A stretch of 64,000 nt of DNA, from NCBI GenBank assembly GCA_040954595.2, contig CM082588.2:9904844-9968843 (forward strand). The letters are read 5' to 3'. The translations under genes and the position numbers were made by a program. A model generated the notes under the pieces. The model was not told the origin of the DNA. It made no database searches and saw only the letters and a program-made list of their open reading frames with translations. The stretch comes from Balanoglossus misakiensis (lineage: Eukaryota; Animalia; Hemichordata). Position 1 is the first letter of the stretch; the number at the start of each line of letters is the position of its first letter. This document shows positions 1 through 10,707 of the stretch, piece by piece.

Positions 1-1100
1 AATGCACTTGTCGAACATCCCCAGTATGTTGTACAAGCTGAGAAACAGATAGAGAGGCTTGAAAAGCAAGTAAGAGACTTGAGTAAAGTTGACGTTGACT
101 TTTTCAAAATGCTTGATTTGGTGGCTGTGAAATGAAATGCCAGCATTTATCAGCAATCTCAAGAATTCAGTAATTACTGCAAAACAAACACTGTTGATCT
201 GAGTACACTTGATGTTGAATATATTGTCAGTGAGATTGACCCTGTGTTATGGAACACTGTTGTATATTTAACGTTGAACAACAGTGAACGCAGTAAATTA
301 AAAAGCTCCAACTTTGAATGGAATAAACACTATTATAATATACCTCATGCTAATACTGTGCCGTGATTCGCCAGAATCCGTCACGTGATAGGAAAATAGA
401 ATCGACTATGAACCGCTAGGGAAATAGCAGAAAAAATATAAACCGGTCACGTGACCAGCGTGAGTGTGCAGACTCGGTCACGTCAATCACGGTCACGTCG
501 TCAGACACAATGGCCACTGCTGAAGATGTCGTCTGCCAACCTCAAGAGAAAATTGCAAGATTTTCCCAGCTGTTAGCATGAGGTTTATTATAAAACACCT
601 ATAGCCTGGCCTATATTCGGGCCATAGCAGCCGTTTTTACCCCCTCGTGGCTGTGAGTTACCAGAATCATATGGCCAGGCAATAGGTGTTCACTATGGAT
701 TTTATGACCGGCACTCTATGGAGAGTAGAGCACGATTCCTCAGGCGTTTGTTTTGTGTGTATGCTATTGTTCACTTGTTCTGATCATTGTACTTACCCAT
801 TGCATACTTACCTGACTGACATTGTTGAAGGTTATAGTAGGTCATTTACTCTAGTGAAAATTCTAAATCGATTTGGTATTATTTGTTCTGGAGATACATT
901 GCATAGATACATGTTGGGAGTTATCAACAAAAGAACATCAGCTGATTTCATAGAGGAAAATATTGCAAATAATGCATTTTGTATAACTTCCATTGACAAT
1001 ATTGATAAATCAACTAAATATGCAGCTGTTAGAGCTGATCCAAAGGATAGAGGTTTCCACGGTACCTCTTATCAAATGGTCCAACCAAAAGCAAAGTCAA
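1..1100 (+). pseudogene. N-terminal and first catalytic part of the Academ-like transposase
   Basis: Frame 1 is open over 1-333 except TGA at 133-135. Removing 334-696 gives WNKHY-GFYDRHSMESRARFLRRLFCV. A 2-bp loss in (TG)n at ~754-760 shifts into ORF 686..1657, which has the DNID motif (Asp at 995-997). Confidence 0.8.
334..690. mobile_element. Non-autonomous hairpin element with two adjacent inverted-repeat pairs and a 6-bp flanking direct repeat
   Basis: CACTAT at 328-333 and 691-696. IR pair TATAATATACCTCATGCTAA (334-353) / TTAGCATGAGGTTTATTATA (573-592). Second pair AACACCTATAGCCTGGCC (594-611) / GGCCAGGCAATAGGTGTT (673-690). Excision restores the host frame. A partial second copy lies at ~16730-16855. 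Confidence 0.85.
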
Positions 1101-1162
1101 TTTTGAACAGTGTTGATGATATTGTTTTTGGCAGTCATGGCAAACATTCAACTGTCAAAGAT

Positions 1163-1650
1163 TTTCAGCTAATCAACATATATGGTGATGGAAGGTGCTT
1201 TTTCAGGAGCATCTCTGTGAGAAATGATTTTGCATTGCGAAATTGCGATCGTCTACCTAATGGACTCCCTTCTGACCCAATTTTAGCTGACCGAGAGAAA
1301 ATATTCGCAGACAAGTTAAGAGCAGATACAGTAGACATAATGTGTGCCAATCATATATACTTTGAAGGACTGGATGATGCACAACTTGATGTCTTGTTAG
1401 ACGGCACTCGTTATATGGACATTTTGCACAGAACACAATGTATGGAAAAGGCAGATGAATATGCTGGTATGCCAGAAATGTTATCTGTAGTGTATGTTGC
1501 AAAATGTCCATTACATATATATACACCAAGCAGAATGATATATTTGGAAGAGGAGAAACATTTGGTGATGTGTTCTCCAAGACTGAGCCTGTCTGTCTCT
1601 TGTACACACCAGACAGGCCAGGTCAATCAGGCCATTATGATTTGCTTCTT
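1163..1650 (+). pseudogene. OTU-family cysteine protease (deubiquitinase-like) domain within the transposon ORF
   Basis: Cys loop INIYGDGRCFFRSIS (Asp 1187-1189, Cys 1196-1198), ADKLRADTVD helix, YAGMPEM..V...KCPLHIY. After a +2 slip in (AT)n at ~1515-1522 comes the His loop SGHYDLL (His 1633-1635). Confidence 0.85.
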
Positions 1651-1652
1651 AA

Positions 1653-2637
1653 GGTAGTTGGAAAGGCTAGGGCGTCAGTTAAAATTTCATTTATAAACAC
1701 CGAATTTATAACTAGAAATATATTAGAGAAAAATTAAACTCATAAAAAATTCGGGGCAATAAACGTGTAACAAGATATGGCTGGTTTTATGATACCTAAT
1801 TTCATACATCTGGCAAGGAAGCTAGGGAGCCTTATTTGAGCGCCCTCTAGGGGAAGACTTCTCCTAGGCTATGCGCACAAGGACGGGTTCCCCTAGCCAA
1901 GGGCATTTAAATGTAACTTGCAAACACTGATTCTTGCAATTTTCAACGATAGATAACCTTGCTTGTTTATTAAAGGCTGCCAAATTATGGACATTTTTGC
2001 ATTTCTAGGGAACCCGAAAGGCCAGCGGAAAGGCGTTTGACCCAGATAAATGCGATCCTTCGCCGTGAACTGCCGCTAAACTTTGCGTATTTCGCTACTT
2101 TTCTGCCCTTCGCCATAATGTAATGGTTTTTATTTGTGATTGAATTGGTATGCCAGATATTTTTTTATCATGAAACTTTCAGGAAAGGCTCGGGACATCC
2201 CAAAGAACAATTTTACAGGACAGTTTTTTCATAAGTTTTCCCGTTGTGTTTTGGCAGCACGTTAAAGTTGTTTACAAAATATCAACAAAAACTGTGTTTT
2301 CCTGAGTGATAACTTTGAAAAAAATAAGTTTATGCTGAAAATGTCCCATACATTGCTTGAGGGGTTGCTTAATATTAAAATGAATACAAATTATTCAATC
2401 ATTTGTGAAAACATGTCAAGATTCAATCAATATTTTGTAAAATTATGAATATTTATATTTAGGCATATCAAATTTCTTAATTTTAGCAGATATTTTTACA
2501 GTCATATTTTTCCCTCACTTTTTAGTTTGTTAAGAATACATGCTGCAAATTTCAAGTCATTATCTTTATTCTAACTTGTGACAATAAATTCACAAACATT
2601 GAGAGAATTTGCTTCAAAAATAGCCTTTCCATCTACC
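1653..2637. mobile_element. 985-bp non-autonomous TIR transposon with TTAA target duplication (Kolobok-type termini)
   Basis: TTAA at 1649-1652 and 2638-2641. TIR GGTAGTTGGAAAGGCTA / TAGCCTTTCCATCTACC (16/17). It starts with purines rather than piggyBac CC. Removal rejoins YDLLL-NRQLIKSKD. Confidence 0.85.
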
Positions 2638-2641
2638 TTAA

Positions 2642-3020
2642 CAGGCAGTTAATTAAAAGTAAAGATAGTCTGGTGAATGAAAATGCACAGAATTCATTTG
2701 AACGGTGGCAGGAATTAAACAGTGGCTTTTGTTCATAAAATACAGTAGACTCTGAAATGAATGAATTTTTTGGCGATTTTCCTTGTGGAAATAATACTAA
2801 AATCATGGTTGACAGATCTACCTCAAAAATACTGGTACAGATTTGAGTGCACCTGTGAGAAAAGCCCATACATTTACAGAGAAAAAATCTAATGATACTG
2901 TTCATGATGATGTAGTATTTAATTAAACCACCTCTACTGAGACAACATCAACCACAGTCATCAATTTCGCTGTCAGATTTTGACATTAAACAAGACGAAT
3001 CCATTGCTTGGTCAGAACTG
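2642..3020 (+). pseudogene. Continuation of the Academ-like ORF after the OTU domain
   Basis: In frame with GHYDLLL once the TTAA element is removed. Degenerate peptide ..APVRKAHTFTEKK..SISLSDFDIKQDESIAWSEL with stops and shifts. Confidence 0.55.
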
Positions 3021-3666
3021 TTTTCCATAATACCCAGCACTGATTTTTTTGTGACAGTACACAGTACGATATTTCACCCACAATTCTCCATGATTTGTAT
3101 CATTGAAGGTTGCCCATTTAATAACTTTTTCTGTTTTATATACTTACAATGATATGAAGTACATATAAATCTATTTATTTTTATCTAGGAAAAGTACGAT
3201 TAGGAATTAGAGTGAAAATTTCAAAATCAAAATTTAAAAGCCATAGAAATCAAAGTATCCATGTACTGCAAATGTCACACTTTGGAGGAAACAAGCAATG
3301 ATTGACTGAAGTGGCCAGTCTCTGTTGAAAGTTAACATGCAAATTTCCATTGTTCTGTCAATAGAAAAAATCAATATCTTTTTGTTTGATTAAACAGTTG
3401 TTTCAAGTGACCCTGTTTTACTCCAAACTTTTTTGTATGGCTGGCTATACAATTGCTTGATTATTTTATAAAATTCGTATCTCCTCTCTCAATAATGCAT
3501 AATTTTCTAAATCATTTGAAATGGTAATTGACAATAAGATTCACCTTAAAGGTAAGATCTCAAAATTTCTATTAGTGGTCTACAATTCTCTCTACACATG
3601 TGAACTTTGCCTGGTTTGACTGAGTAATCTCTGATTGTACAAATCAGAATGAATTATGGGATATTT

Positions 3667-4290
3667 CACGTACTGTGCAGAAGGGCAAATACAGACAAAA
3701 CTTTCAAATTTTGGGTTAGATTTATAGAGGAAGATTTGTTTGCATACATGTCTTTGTACATTGCAATAAGGTCAGGAAATTGGAACCTTCGAATATTGGC
3801 TTTGAAAAAAAATGAACCCACTGTTCCATGCATATGACCGATCCCTGTACTTGAGGTTAATTCCCAGACATCTTGCTGACCTTCTGAAGATGCCAAACTC
3901 TCTGTTGTTACATTTCAAAGCAGGTGGTTTTGTTAGCAATTAGTCAGGCTCAACTTGGGTTAATGTAGCACTAGTTGAAGCCCATGAAATGTGCGTCAAT
4001 AAAGATGTTAAAGCTGCACTGCATACTTCTACAGGTGGGTTAATGGAGAGAATAGCAATTTATTTACCCTATAGAGCTATGGCTGCCAAGAATCTAAAAT
4101 ATCAGTTATTTCCTTTCCAAAATGAAACCCATAATTCAGTTAGCGTACATAAAATACATGAGTCAAACTGCAGGTTGTATATCAATTGTCTTGAAGGTGC
4201 TGATGTATTTTCACTACTTAATACCGCCAGGGAGCTAACTAATATATTTTCAGATGACACAGCAAAATATAGCATCACGGACACTGTGGT
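3667..4290 (+). pseudogene. C-terminal part of the Academ-like transposase domain
   Basis: ORFs 3649..3837 and 3989..4345 join through a +1 shift in the A-run at 3805-3812 and a TAG at ~3941: KKMNPLFHAYDRSLYLRLIPRHLADL..GGFV..VALVEAHEMCVNKD. Confidence 0.75.
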
Positions 4291-4399
4291 CCCATTTGAG
4301 GATTATGTGGAAATAGTGACACACCAGAATAAAAATTACAGGTGACATTGCAAGCAGATATGATCTTACGATATAGAAACATGGAATGTAAAAAAATTA

Positions 4400-5140
4400 A
4401 CAAGGAACATGACCAAAAATTGTCTGTACAAACACATATGAGAAGCAACTTCTTTCAGTCAGCCCTGGAACAGACAGACAGACACACACACACACTGACC
4501 TGCCACTAGTAATTAAAAATTTAATAGCCCATGATCTCTCTAATAGCTGGCTTATTGAAGTTATGTAAACATGTCTAAGTTGGGGGTAACAACTCCTTGT
4601 AAACAGTAACTTTCAAAACAACTGGACAATTTGTTTAGGAGAAAAAACTCGCTAAATATTGAATATTTCTGATATCAGAATTGAATAAAAGTTGCACATA
4701 TATACGTATGTGTTAGGAAATTATATCCTAAATTTCAAAGCAATCAGAGAAAAAACAAATTTCAAAGCAATCAACAAGCAGTTTCACAAAAGATATTTGT
4801 TCAAAAGTGGCAAAAACACAAATATGCAAATATCACCAAAATTGTACAATATCTTACTTCAATCACTTCAAGGAACATGCTGCCAAAGTTCAATGCAATA
4901 TGACAAGCAGTTTCAGGAAAACAATTTTTTGACAAAAATTGCAAAAGTTTCCCCGATAACACATTTATGAAAATATCACATTTTGTTCAACATATTACTT
5001 GGGTTACCCCTACGAACATGCCTACAAAATTGCAAAGCAATCTGGCATGCGGTTTTAAAGAAAACAAAAATTTACCAAAAATGACAAATATTGCTCAAAA
5101 TTATAAATATGCAAATTTTTCAACAAATAGGGACAAGAGT
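4400..5140 (-). repeat. Degenerate interspersed-repeat fragments replacing part of the Academ ORF
   Basis: (CAGA)n(CA)n at ~4470-4495. AATTTCAAAGCAATC-like motifs at ~4731, 4758 and 5028 are the reverse complement of the GATTGCTTTGAAATTTG motif repeated at 17.8-19.3 kb and 21.7-22.1 kb. Confidence 0.5.
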
Positions 5141-5142
5141 CT

Positions 5143-6431
5143 TTTCGTCGGTAGTAATGGAATTGTGTCTGAGTGGGAAGCCAAAAGTTGTCATGAAGAA
5201 GCTGACAGTAGATGCATCCTTCATGCAGTTCAGTCCTCTTACAAGAAAGGTGTTATTTACTCCCCTAATATCGATACTTATCATGTTCTCCTCCCAGTAC
5301 TATATCAACATGTTCAAAAGGAGATATTTGTACAACTTGATAATGATTTATCAAATCTCACTTATTTAGACATGAATCAATTCAAATCAGATTTAAATTT
5401 AGACCCTGATTTGCAACATATTCCTCTCCAATATTTAGGCAAAATATTTCAAACACTGTTCATATGCACAGGTTGTGACTATACTTTGCAGGCATTGGAA
5501 ATAAATCTTTCTACAAGACATTTTTTCAATACTCTGAATTTATAACTAGTGGCACCCTTATACCTGGAACACTGATAGACACAACAGTAGACAGTGTAGG
5601 GAATGGAATTTTTGCTTTCATACGTTTAAAAGGTAGTGTTTATGTTAAGAAACATTTCCAAGCATTTGATGCATCTCATCCTTTTGAACTTTATCGACAA
5701 GTAGCCAGTGTCACTAACAGTCTTAAAGATAACCACATCAAATGGCTTACATATATACGAGAAACAATTTGGCCACGTATCCAGTATGAGGAAGAATGTA
5801 TCCCTTCCTTTGAAGCCCTACAACTGCACTGGAACAGATCATGCTGGGTCTCTCAGTTATGGTCCCAGGCCGATCAGTGCCATGTTACGTTTCCCTTATT
5901 CAATAATTATGGATACAGACTAAGCAACGGCGAACTTGATATTATTTGGGACAGTGATGCCAATTTAGAAAAAGTAAAACTAATTTGGAGTTGCTAACAA
6001 AAGGGTGTGGCTGCAAAAAGATGCCAACTTGTAATAGCAGATGTTGTAAATGTTATAAGACCCACAATGGTTGTGGCCCTGCGTGTCGATGCAATGACTG
6101 CAGTAATCCACATAATGGGAACCCTGGATTCTGTACCACATCGAAAAAGTATGGGGTATACCCAAAATTTACAGATAAGTCACCACTATTAGAATCACCA
6201 TCACCAATCACTGATACTGAACATCATAATATGGAAAATAGCATCGATGCAATTTTACAGGAGGAGTCACATGAAATTGACATTTTAAGAGAAGAAGAGG
6301 GAAATATTTACGAGACTGATTCTGACTTTGACGAACTGACTGATGAATATAACTGGACGGAAGAAAATCAAACTGATAATGCAAAGAATGGTGATTGTGA
6401 TTCCAATGATGGTGACTATGATGACATTTAA
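5143..6431 (+). pseudogene. XPG/FEN1-like nuclease domain, Cys8 (CXC-like) finger and acidic C-terminus of the Academ protein
   Basis: HEEADSR (5192), SPNIDTYH, H3TH-like GCDY..FAGIGNK with a frameshift at ~5485, a long open frame to WDSDANLEKV, a shift at ~5983, Cys cluster ~6007-6105, then an Asp/Glu-rich tail. Confidence 0.8.
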
Positions 6432-6464
6432 TGAATCATCAAAGAAATTGATTTGGTCTTTTGG

Positions 6465-8120
6465 GGGTTGCAGCCCTGTTGTGGTTTCAGTCATACCTTT
6501 CCAATCGCACCCTGTGTGTATGTGTTAATTTCAGACATGGTTACTATAACCGTGTTCCAAACAATCACCATTTTATCCGCTTGACACTGAGGGGACACAG
6601 GGATCAGTTCTTTGTCCTATACTTTTTAATATGTACACTTCTCCATTAGGTGAATTAGTTTCTAGTCATGGATGCCTGTATATAGCTTTTGTGCAGATGG
6701 CTCTTCATTGTCTTTTACCAAGCAGAATGCTCCCAGAATGCTTTCAAATCTTGAACGTTGTATTTCAGATGTCGGTACTGGATGTCTGAAAATGTCTTGT
6801 GTTTAAGATGGGTCCCTGGGATCTTTTTGCTCGTTGCTATGGGCCTTTATAGGACACTACACTCAATTTTGATCGAAACCGTTATGAACGTCCGACAAGG
6901 GGCTTGTAACTAGTTAAAAATACACACGATTGTGTGAACACCCCCTGCCCGAGTATGTTTACGGCAGCTACCGCCCGGCCATAGGCCGCCACGCTAATAC
7001 AGCAAAGCAGCGGTCATCGATAGCGTGCGCGTCCTGTAACCACAGTAACTGGATCGAACGCTAAAAATCCAATGTTTTGTACACAGAGATTTTGTACCGT
7101 TCACGAAAATCCCTAAGGCTTTTTTCACAGGCTATGTAGGCCAGCCAAATTTGACCTGCTTGTTGAGAACGCACTTCCGCACAGTGTGACGGATCGTTTT
7201 TTCGGTTTTCGTCGTGCTAAGAAGCGATACCAGTGGAAGAGTGCGTCCAAAAACACCCAAAATCGATGACTTTTTCAGGTGTGGTACGGGTATGCTGAAA
7301 TCGTATGATACAACGATAATATTCGAAAACAAAATCCGTCACGATCTTCCCTGGTTCAAGCAACTAATGAATACATATCAAGTTCGTTTTTGAGGTCACG
7401 GAATAAAAAGCCTTAGGCTTTTGAAATTTGACCTAACTAATTTGCATATCAATGGCGTCAGGGGGCGCGCGCTCACAATCCTGCAGATTTTCAACTAGTT
7501 ACCAGCCCCTTGTTAGACTCTGAAAACGGCTTAGTCCAAATCAGGTTGTAATGTCCTATAAAGGCCCATAGCAACGGGCAAAAAGATCCCAGGGACCCAT
7601 CTTAAATAACGATAAGACTGAATTTGTTATTTTTTCTGCTACTTCGGGTAATCTATCTGCCAGAGGGATTACAGAAATTCATGTTGCGATGCTCTGAAAC
7701 CTGTTCATTGACTGACAATAATTGCACAGATCTGCCATTCAGTCGCTTTTCATTTGCAGCATATTGCACTTGTCTGTAAATATTTATCTCAAGCCGCCAC
7801 AGAGCAATAAAGTTCCTGCTTTTGTTGCATTTCGAATAGATTCGTGTAATTCACTTTAATTTGGACTCCCTAAGTACTAGATCAGCCGTATTCAAGTTCA
7901 AAATATTGCTGCTAGTTCCAAAATCACCTTTTACATCAATGCAATTTCAGTTGCATTGGTTACCTGTGTCTGATTGTATTGTTTTCAAGATTTTATTTCT
8001 TATTTTTGAATTCATTCATAGACTTGGACCATCAAATCTGTGTGATATGATCAAATTATATGTTCCAAATCGAAACTTGAAGTCAGCTGATCAGCTCAAA
8101 CTCTTTCCTGTTCAGCCCAA
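6465..8120 (+). mobile_element. Degenerate, 5'-truncated L2/CR1-group LINE (reverse transcriptase C-terminal half)
   Basis: ALLWFQSYLSNRT, QGSVLCPILFNMYTSPLG, LERCISDV..WMSENVLCL|NNDKTEFVIF (split by a MITE), LHWLPV..FKIL..YVPNRNLKSAD. Confidence 0.85.
6807..7601. mobile_element. 795-bp non-autonomous TIR transposon with TTAA target duplication (Kolobok-type termini)
   Basis: TTAA at 6803-6806 and 7602-7605. Near-perfect ~55-bp TIR starting GATGGGTCCCTGGGATCTTTTTGC, extending imperfectly to ~115 bp. Removal restores the L2 peptide CLNNDKTE. Confidence 0.92.
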
Positions 8121-8139
8121 TGCAATGATGACAACAAAA

Positions 8140-9068
8140 GTCAAAACAAAATTGCTTGCCTTCAGACACAAATATTTATTGCATATATCATCAGCGAATA
8201 AAGGGAAATGGTTTCGAAGTTACAGTTGGCATTTTGCATTTTCGAAACGTCTACTTATATCCCAGGCCACGATACGGAGAAAAAAAATAAAAATACACCA
8301 GCTGAGCTCATCGCACGTACGAAGTCATGAATGGTAAACCTGGCATTCTGTCCATATGGGACCTACATTTGTAGGCGATTGATCGATGTTGTGTCGAAAT
8401 CAGGCCCGTAATTAAGTTAAAACTTGGCTAATACGTTACCTTAGGGTGTTATACATTATCCAGTAACTGTTTTACTTAAGAATTGCCTTTCAAAAGCTGT
8501 TTTCCCCACGGTAAACGTATCGTTTCACGATCAACGCAACACTTCTGTATTTACAAGTCTAACATGGAGCCGGAGAGGTCAACTTTTACTTCCGGGTCAT
8601 ATCGTCGAACGACATCGATTATTTTTAAGCGGACTGTTACACAAGCATTTCGAATTAATTTATTTTCACGGATGTCGGGACCGATATTAGACCTCTCTGT
8701 CAGGAAAGTTTGGTTAACTTCCGAGGTCGTTTTCAAATGATTTTTGACACGTTTGTGGACGTCTCTTTCGGGGTCACCAACATACCACCGAAAACACGTT
8801 AAAAACTTCTACTATTACCGACAGATTTTCATAAAATTTACGTCTGCATTGAAAAATGGGAATCACTTTCGTAATTTATCCAGCTAACATGGTATTTTAT
8901 TGCACAACAGAGCGTAAAAATCAAGTTGAAAATCACCTTGGAAACTGGCCTATTGCCGTCTGTTTGAAAGTTAACGGTCGCTCGCTTGATGAACTTTCAT
9001 ATGCAAATGAGCGCCGTGCGATCTGACTGTGTATATGTACTCCGTGTAGACTGAATGGGACCACTGTG
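8140..9068. mobile_element. CpG-rich fragment, probably one end of a DNA transposon with a CAC terminus
   Basis: Abrupt compositional change after the L2. Ends in GGGACCACTGTG (CACAGTGGTCCC on the minus strand). No partner end seen. Confidence 0.3.
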
Positions 9069-9178
9069 TGCTTGACGCAATTTTTTACACTCATCAGGTA
9101 TATTTTGACTAACACAAGCCAAAATATCACCAACTCATCTGAGAAATCTTATCCCAGGTCCTAAGGTTGTGAGATTAA

Positions 9179-9580
9179 TAGAATCTCACACTCCCAAGGA
9201 CTAGGGGTCATAATTCTGACATGAGTTGGGGATTTTCTGTCCCTCACGAGCCGCAGGCGAATGTGGGACAAAATATCCCTGACAAGTGTGGGAAATATGA
9301 TCCTAGGTCCTTTGTGTATGAGATTATATTTCTCACACGGGCAAAAATTAGCCAAATTCGTCTTAAAACATTGAATAAATGACTCTTGAATTGTCATCTG
9401 GCATGTTGTAGTTTCTTTATCGTGTCATTGGATAACATTTAGCACAAGTTATTAAAAAACGCTTTGTCATCCAATCAGCGCTCGCATCATATACAGCTTT
9501 CGTTTCAGTGAGAATGTGGGATTGATTTGTTCTCACACTCTGATCCCACACTCTCAGCGTGCCAGGAGTGTGAGAATCTA
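9179..9580. mobile_element. Non-autonomous hairpin element (long imperfect hairpin plus second IR pair)
   Basis: Hairpin 9183-9324 centred on CACGAGCCGCAGGCGAATGTG. TTCTCACAC (~9330) pairs with GTGTGAGAA (9568). The ends TAGAATCTCACACTCC / GGAGTGTGAGAATCTA are also inverted, and each abuts TTAA. Confidence 0.7.
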
Positions 9581-9901
9581 TTAAGATCTACGAGTTTGAA
9601 ATCTTAGGTGAAGAGTTTATCAATTTCACTGCCAACCCTGTAGGGCATTCTGGGATATGTGTTCATGCCAAAGCACAAACAGTTATGACCTGACAGATCA
9701 GTTTGTAGATAATTTCTACAAATCCACAAAGAGACTCAAAGTTTAGAAAAGTCGTGTCTGTTAGAAATATTAGAAATATCACTGTTAATACTAATTTCAA
9801 AGCCATGTGAATTTGTTCACTTTATGGAAATTTTTAAAGGAAGGGAGGATTGGTATTGACTTGAATAATTACAACAGATGTTTTTTTCCCTCTATTTTCA
9901 G

Positions 9902-10021
9902 ATGTGAATGAGTGTTCAGATTCTGTTTGTGCTGGAGGTTTTCTCAATGCAGAGGGTGGATTCAGCTGTTGTTGCGGTGATGATGGTTTCTCTATGAGTG
10001 CAGATCATGTCAATTGTTTAG
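9902..10021 (+). pseudogene. Calcium-binding EGF-like exon (phase 1-1, 120 bp)
   Basis: Pyrimidine tract + CAG acceptor and GTAAGT donor. Reads (D)VNECSDSVCAGGFLNAEGGFSCCCGDDGFSMSADHVNCL; the third canonical Cys is Phe. Confidence 0.8.
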
Positions 10022-10456
10022 GTAAGTTTTTTTGAGTGGGGAGGGGATAGGTCAACAATGGCTTGGCATTTCCTGCCTCAAAAGGGCGCTTACAGAAGTT
10101 GTAAGTGACAAAGATTACAGCCAGTCACCATGTAAAAACAAATATAAGTTATCAGGCACTTTCCAAAGTTACACATTTAAAAAAAAATTGAGTTTGTTGT
10201 CTCGTGTGTGATATTTTTGGCTTGCAGAACACTAGCTTGTAAAATGTAATGTGGTTACTACATTGTTTGTTCATCAGTATACAGTACTGGTACAGATAAA
10301 CATATGATATGACCAAGTTATATGCCAGATGATATTTACTAAGTTTCACACAATTTTGCTCTCTTGTCGTATATTTTCAAATGTGCACTCAAGGACAACT
10401 GTAATTCAGATGTATTCATTCTAACACAATTTATCATATTCGTGTTTTCCCCACAG

Positions 10457-10566
10457 ATGACAATGAGTGTGATCAAGCTGGTTGGTCACCGTGCCAATAA
10501 GTATGTTACAACACACCAACCAGTTACCAGTGTGGTTGCAGACCAGGATTCAACATACATGCGTTG
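10457..10566 (+). pseudogene. Second cbEGF exon, disrupted
   Basis: ttttccccacag acceptor and GTGAGT donor. Reads (D)DNECDQAGWSPCQ*VCYNTPTSYQCGCRPGF with TAA at 10498-10500. Length 110 bp puts the terminal TCV codons out of frame. Confidence 0.8.
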
Positions 10567-10707
10567 GTGAGTATCTACAATTTGGAGAGAAAGTAAGATG
10601 TATGGGTTTGTACTTAGTGTCTTATACATGTATATGTGACACTGAAATCATATATTGTACAATCAGTCATTGGTAAATGTCTGCTATTCATGACACAAAT
10701 CAACATA

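Larger units (their letters stand above)
1..6431 (+). mobile_element. Decayed AcademX-type DNA transposon gene (transposase + OTU + XPG-like nuclease + Cys8 finger + acidic tail), running off the left edge
   Basis: Colinear + strand fragments: IDPVLWNTVVYLT (frame 1, ~235-273); PLHTYLTDIVE..LVKILNRFGIICSGDTL; SIDNIDK..FHGTSYQMVQPK (989-1090); FWVRFIEED..YIAIRSGNWNLR..MNPLFHAYDR..EAHEMCVNKDVK (3700-4015); CHEEADSRCILHA..GCDYT..FAGIG (5189-5500); IPSFEALQLHWNRSCWVSQLW; CGCK..C...CCKC..CGPACRCNDCSN; stop at 6429-6431. The order transposase-XPG-Cys8 is the described AcademX architecture. Several stops, frameshifts and insertions; no TIR found. Confidence 0.8.

Noticed and set aside
686-1657. Intact 323-aa gene
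   Set aside because: The start lies in an insertion, both ends are out of frame with the true peptide, and the OTU His loop is in another frame.
6432-6470. Right TIR of the Academ element
   Set aside because: L2 sequence begins within ~35 bp of the stop and the left end is outside the window, so no TIR can be supported.
9030-9068. RAG RSS-like end (CACAGTG on the minus strand)
   Set aside because: No nonamer at 12 or 23 bp, no partner end and no RAG/Transib ORF; the heptamer alone is uninformative.
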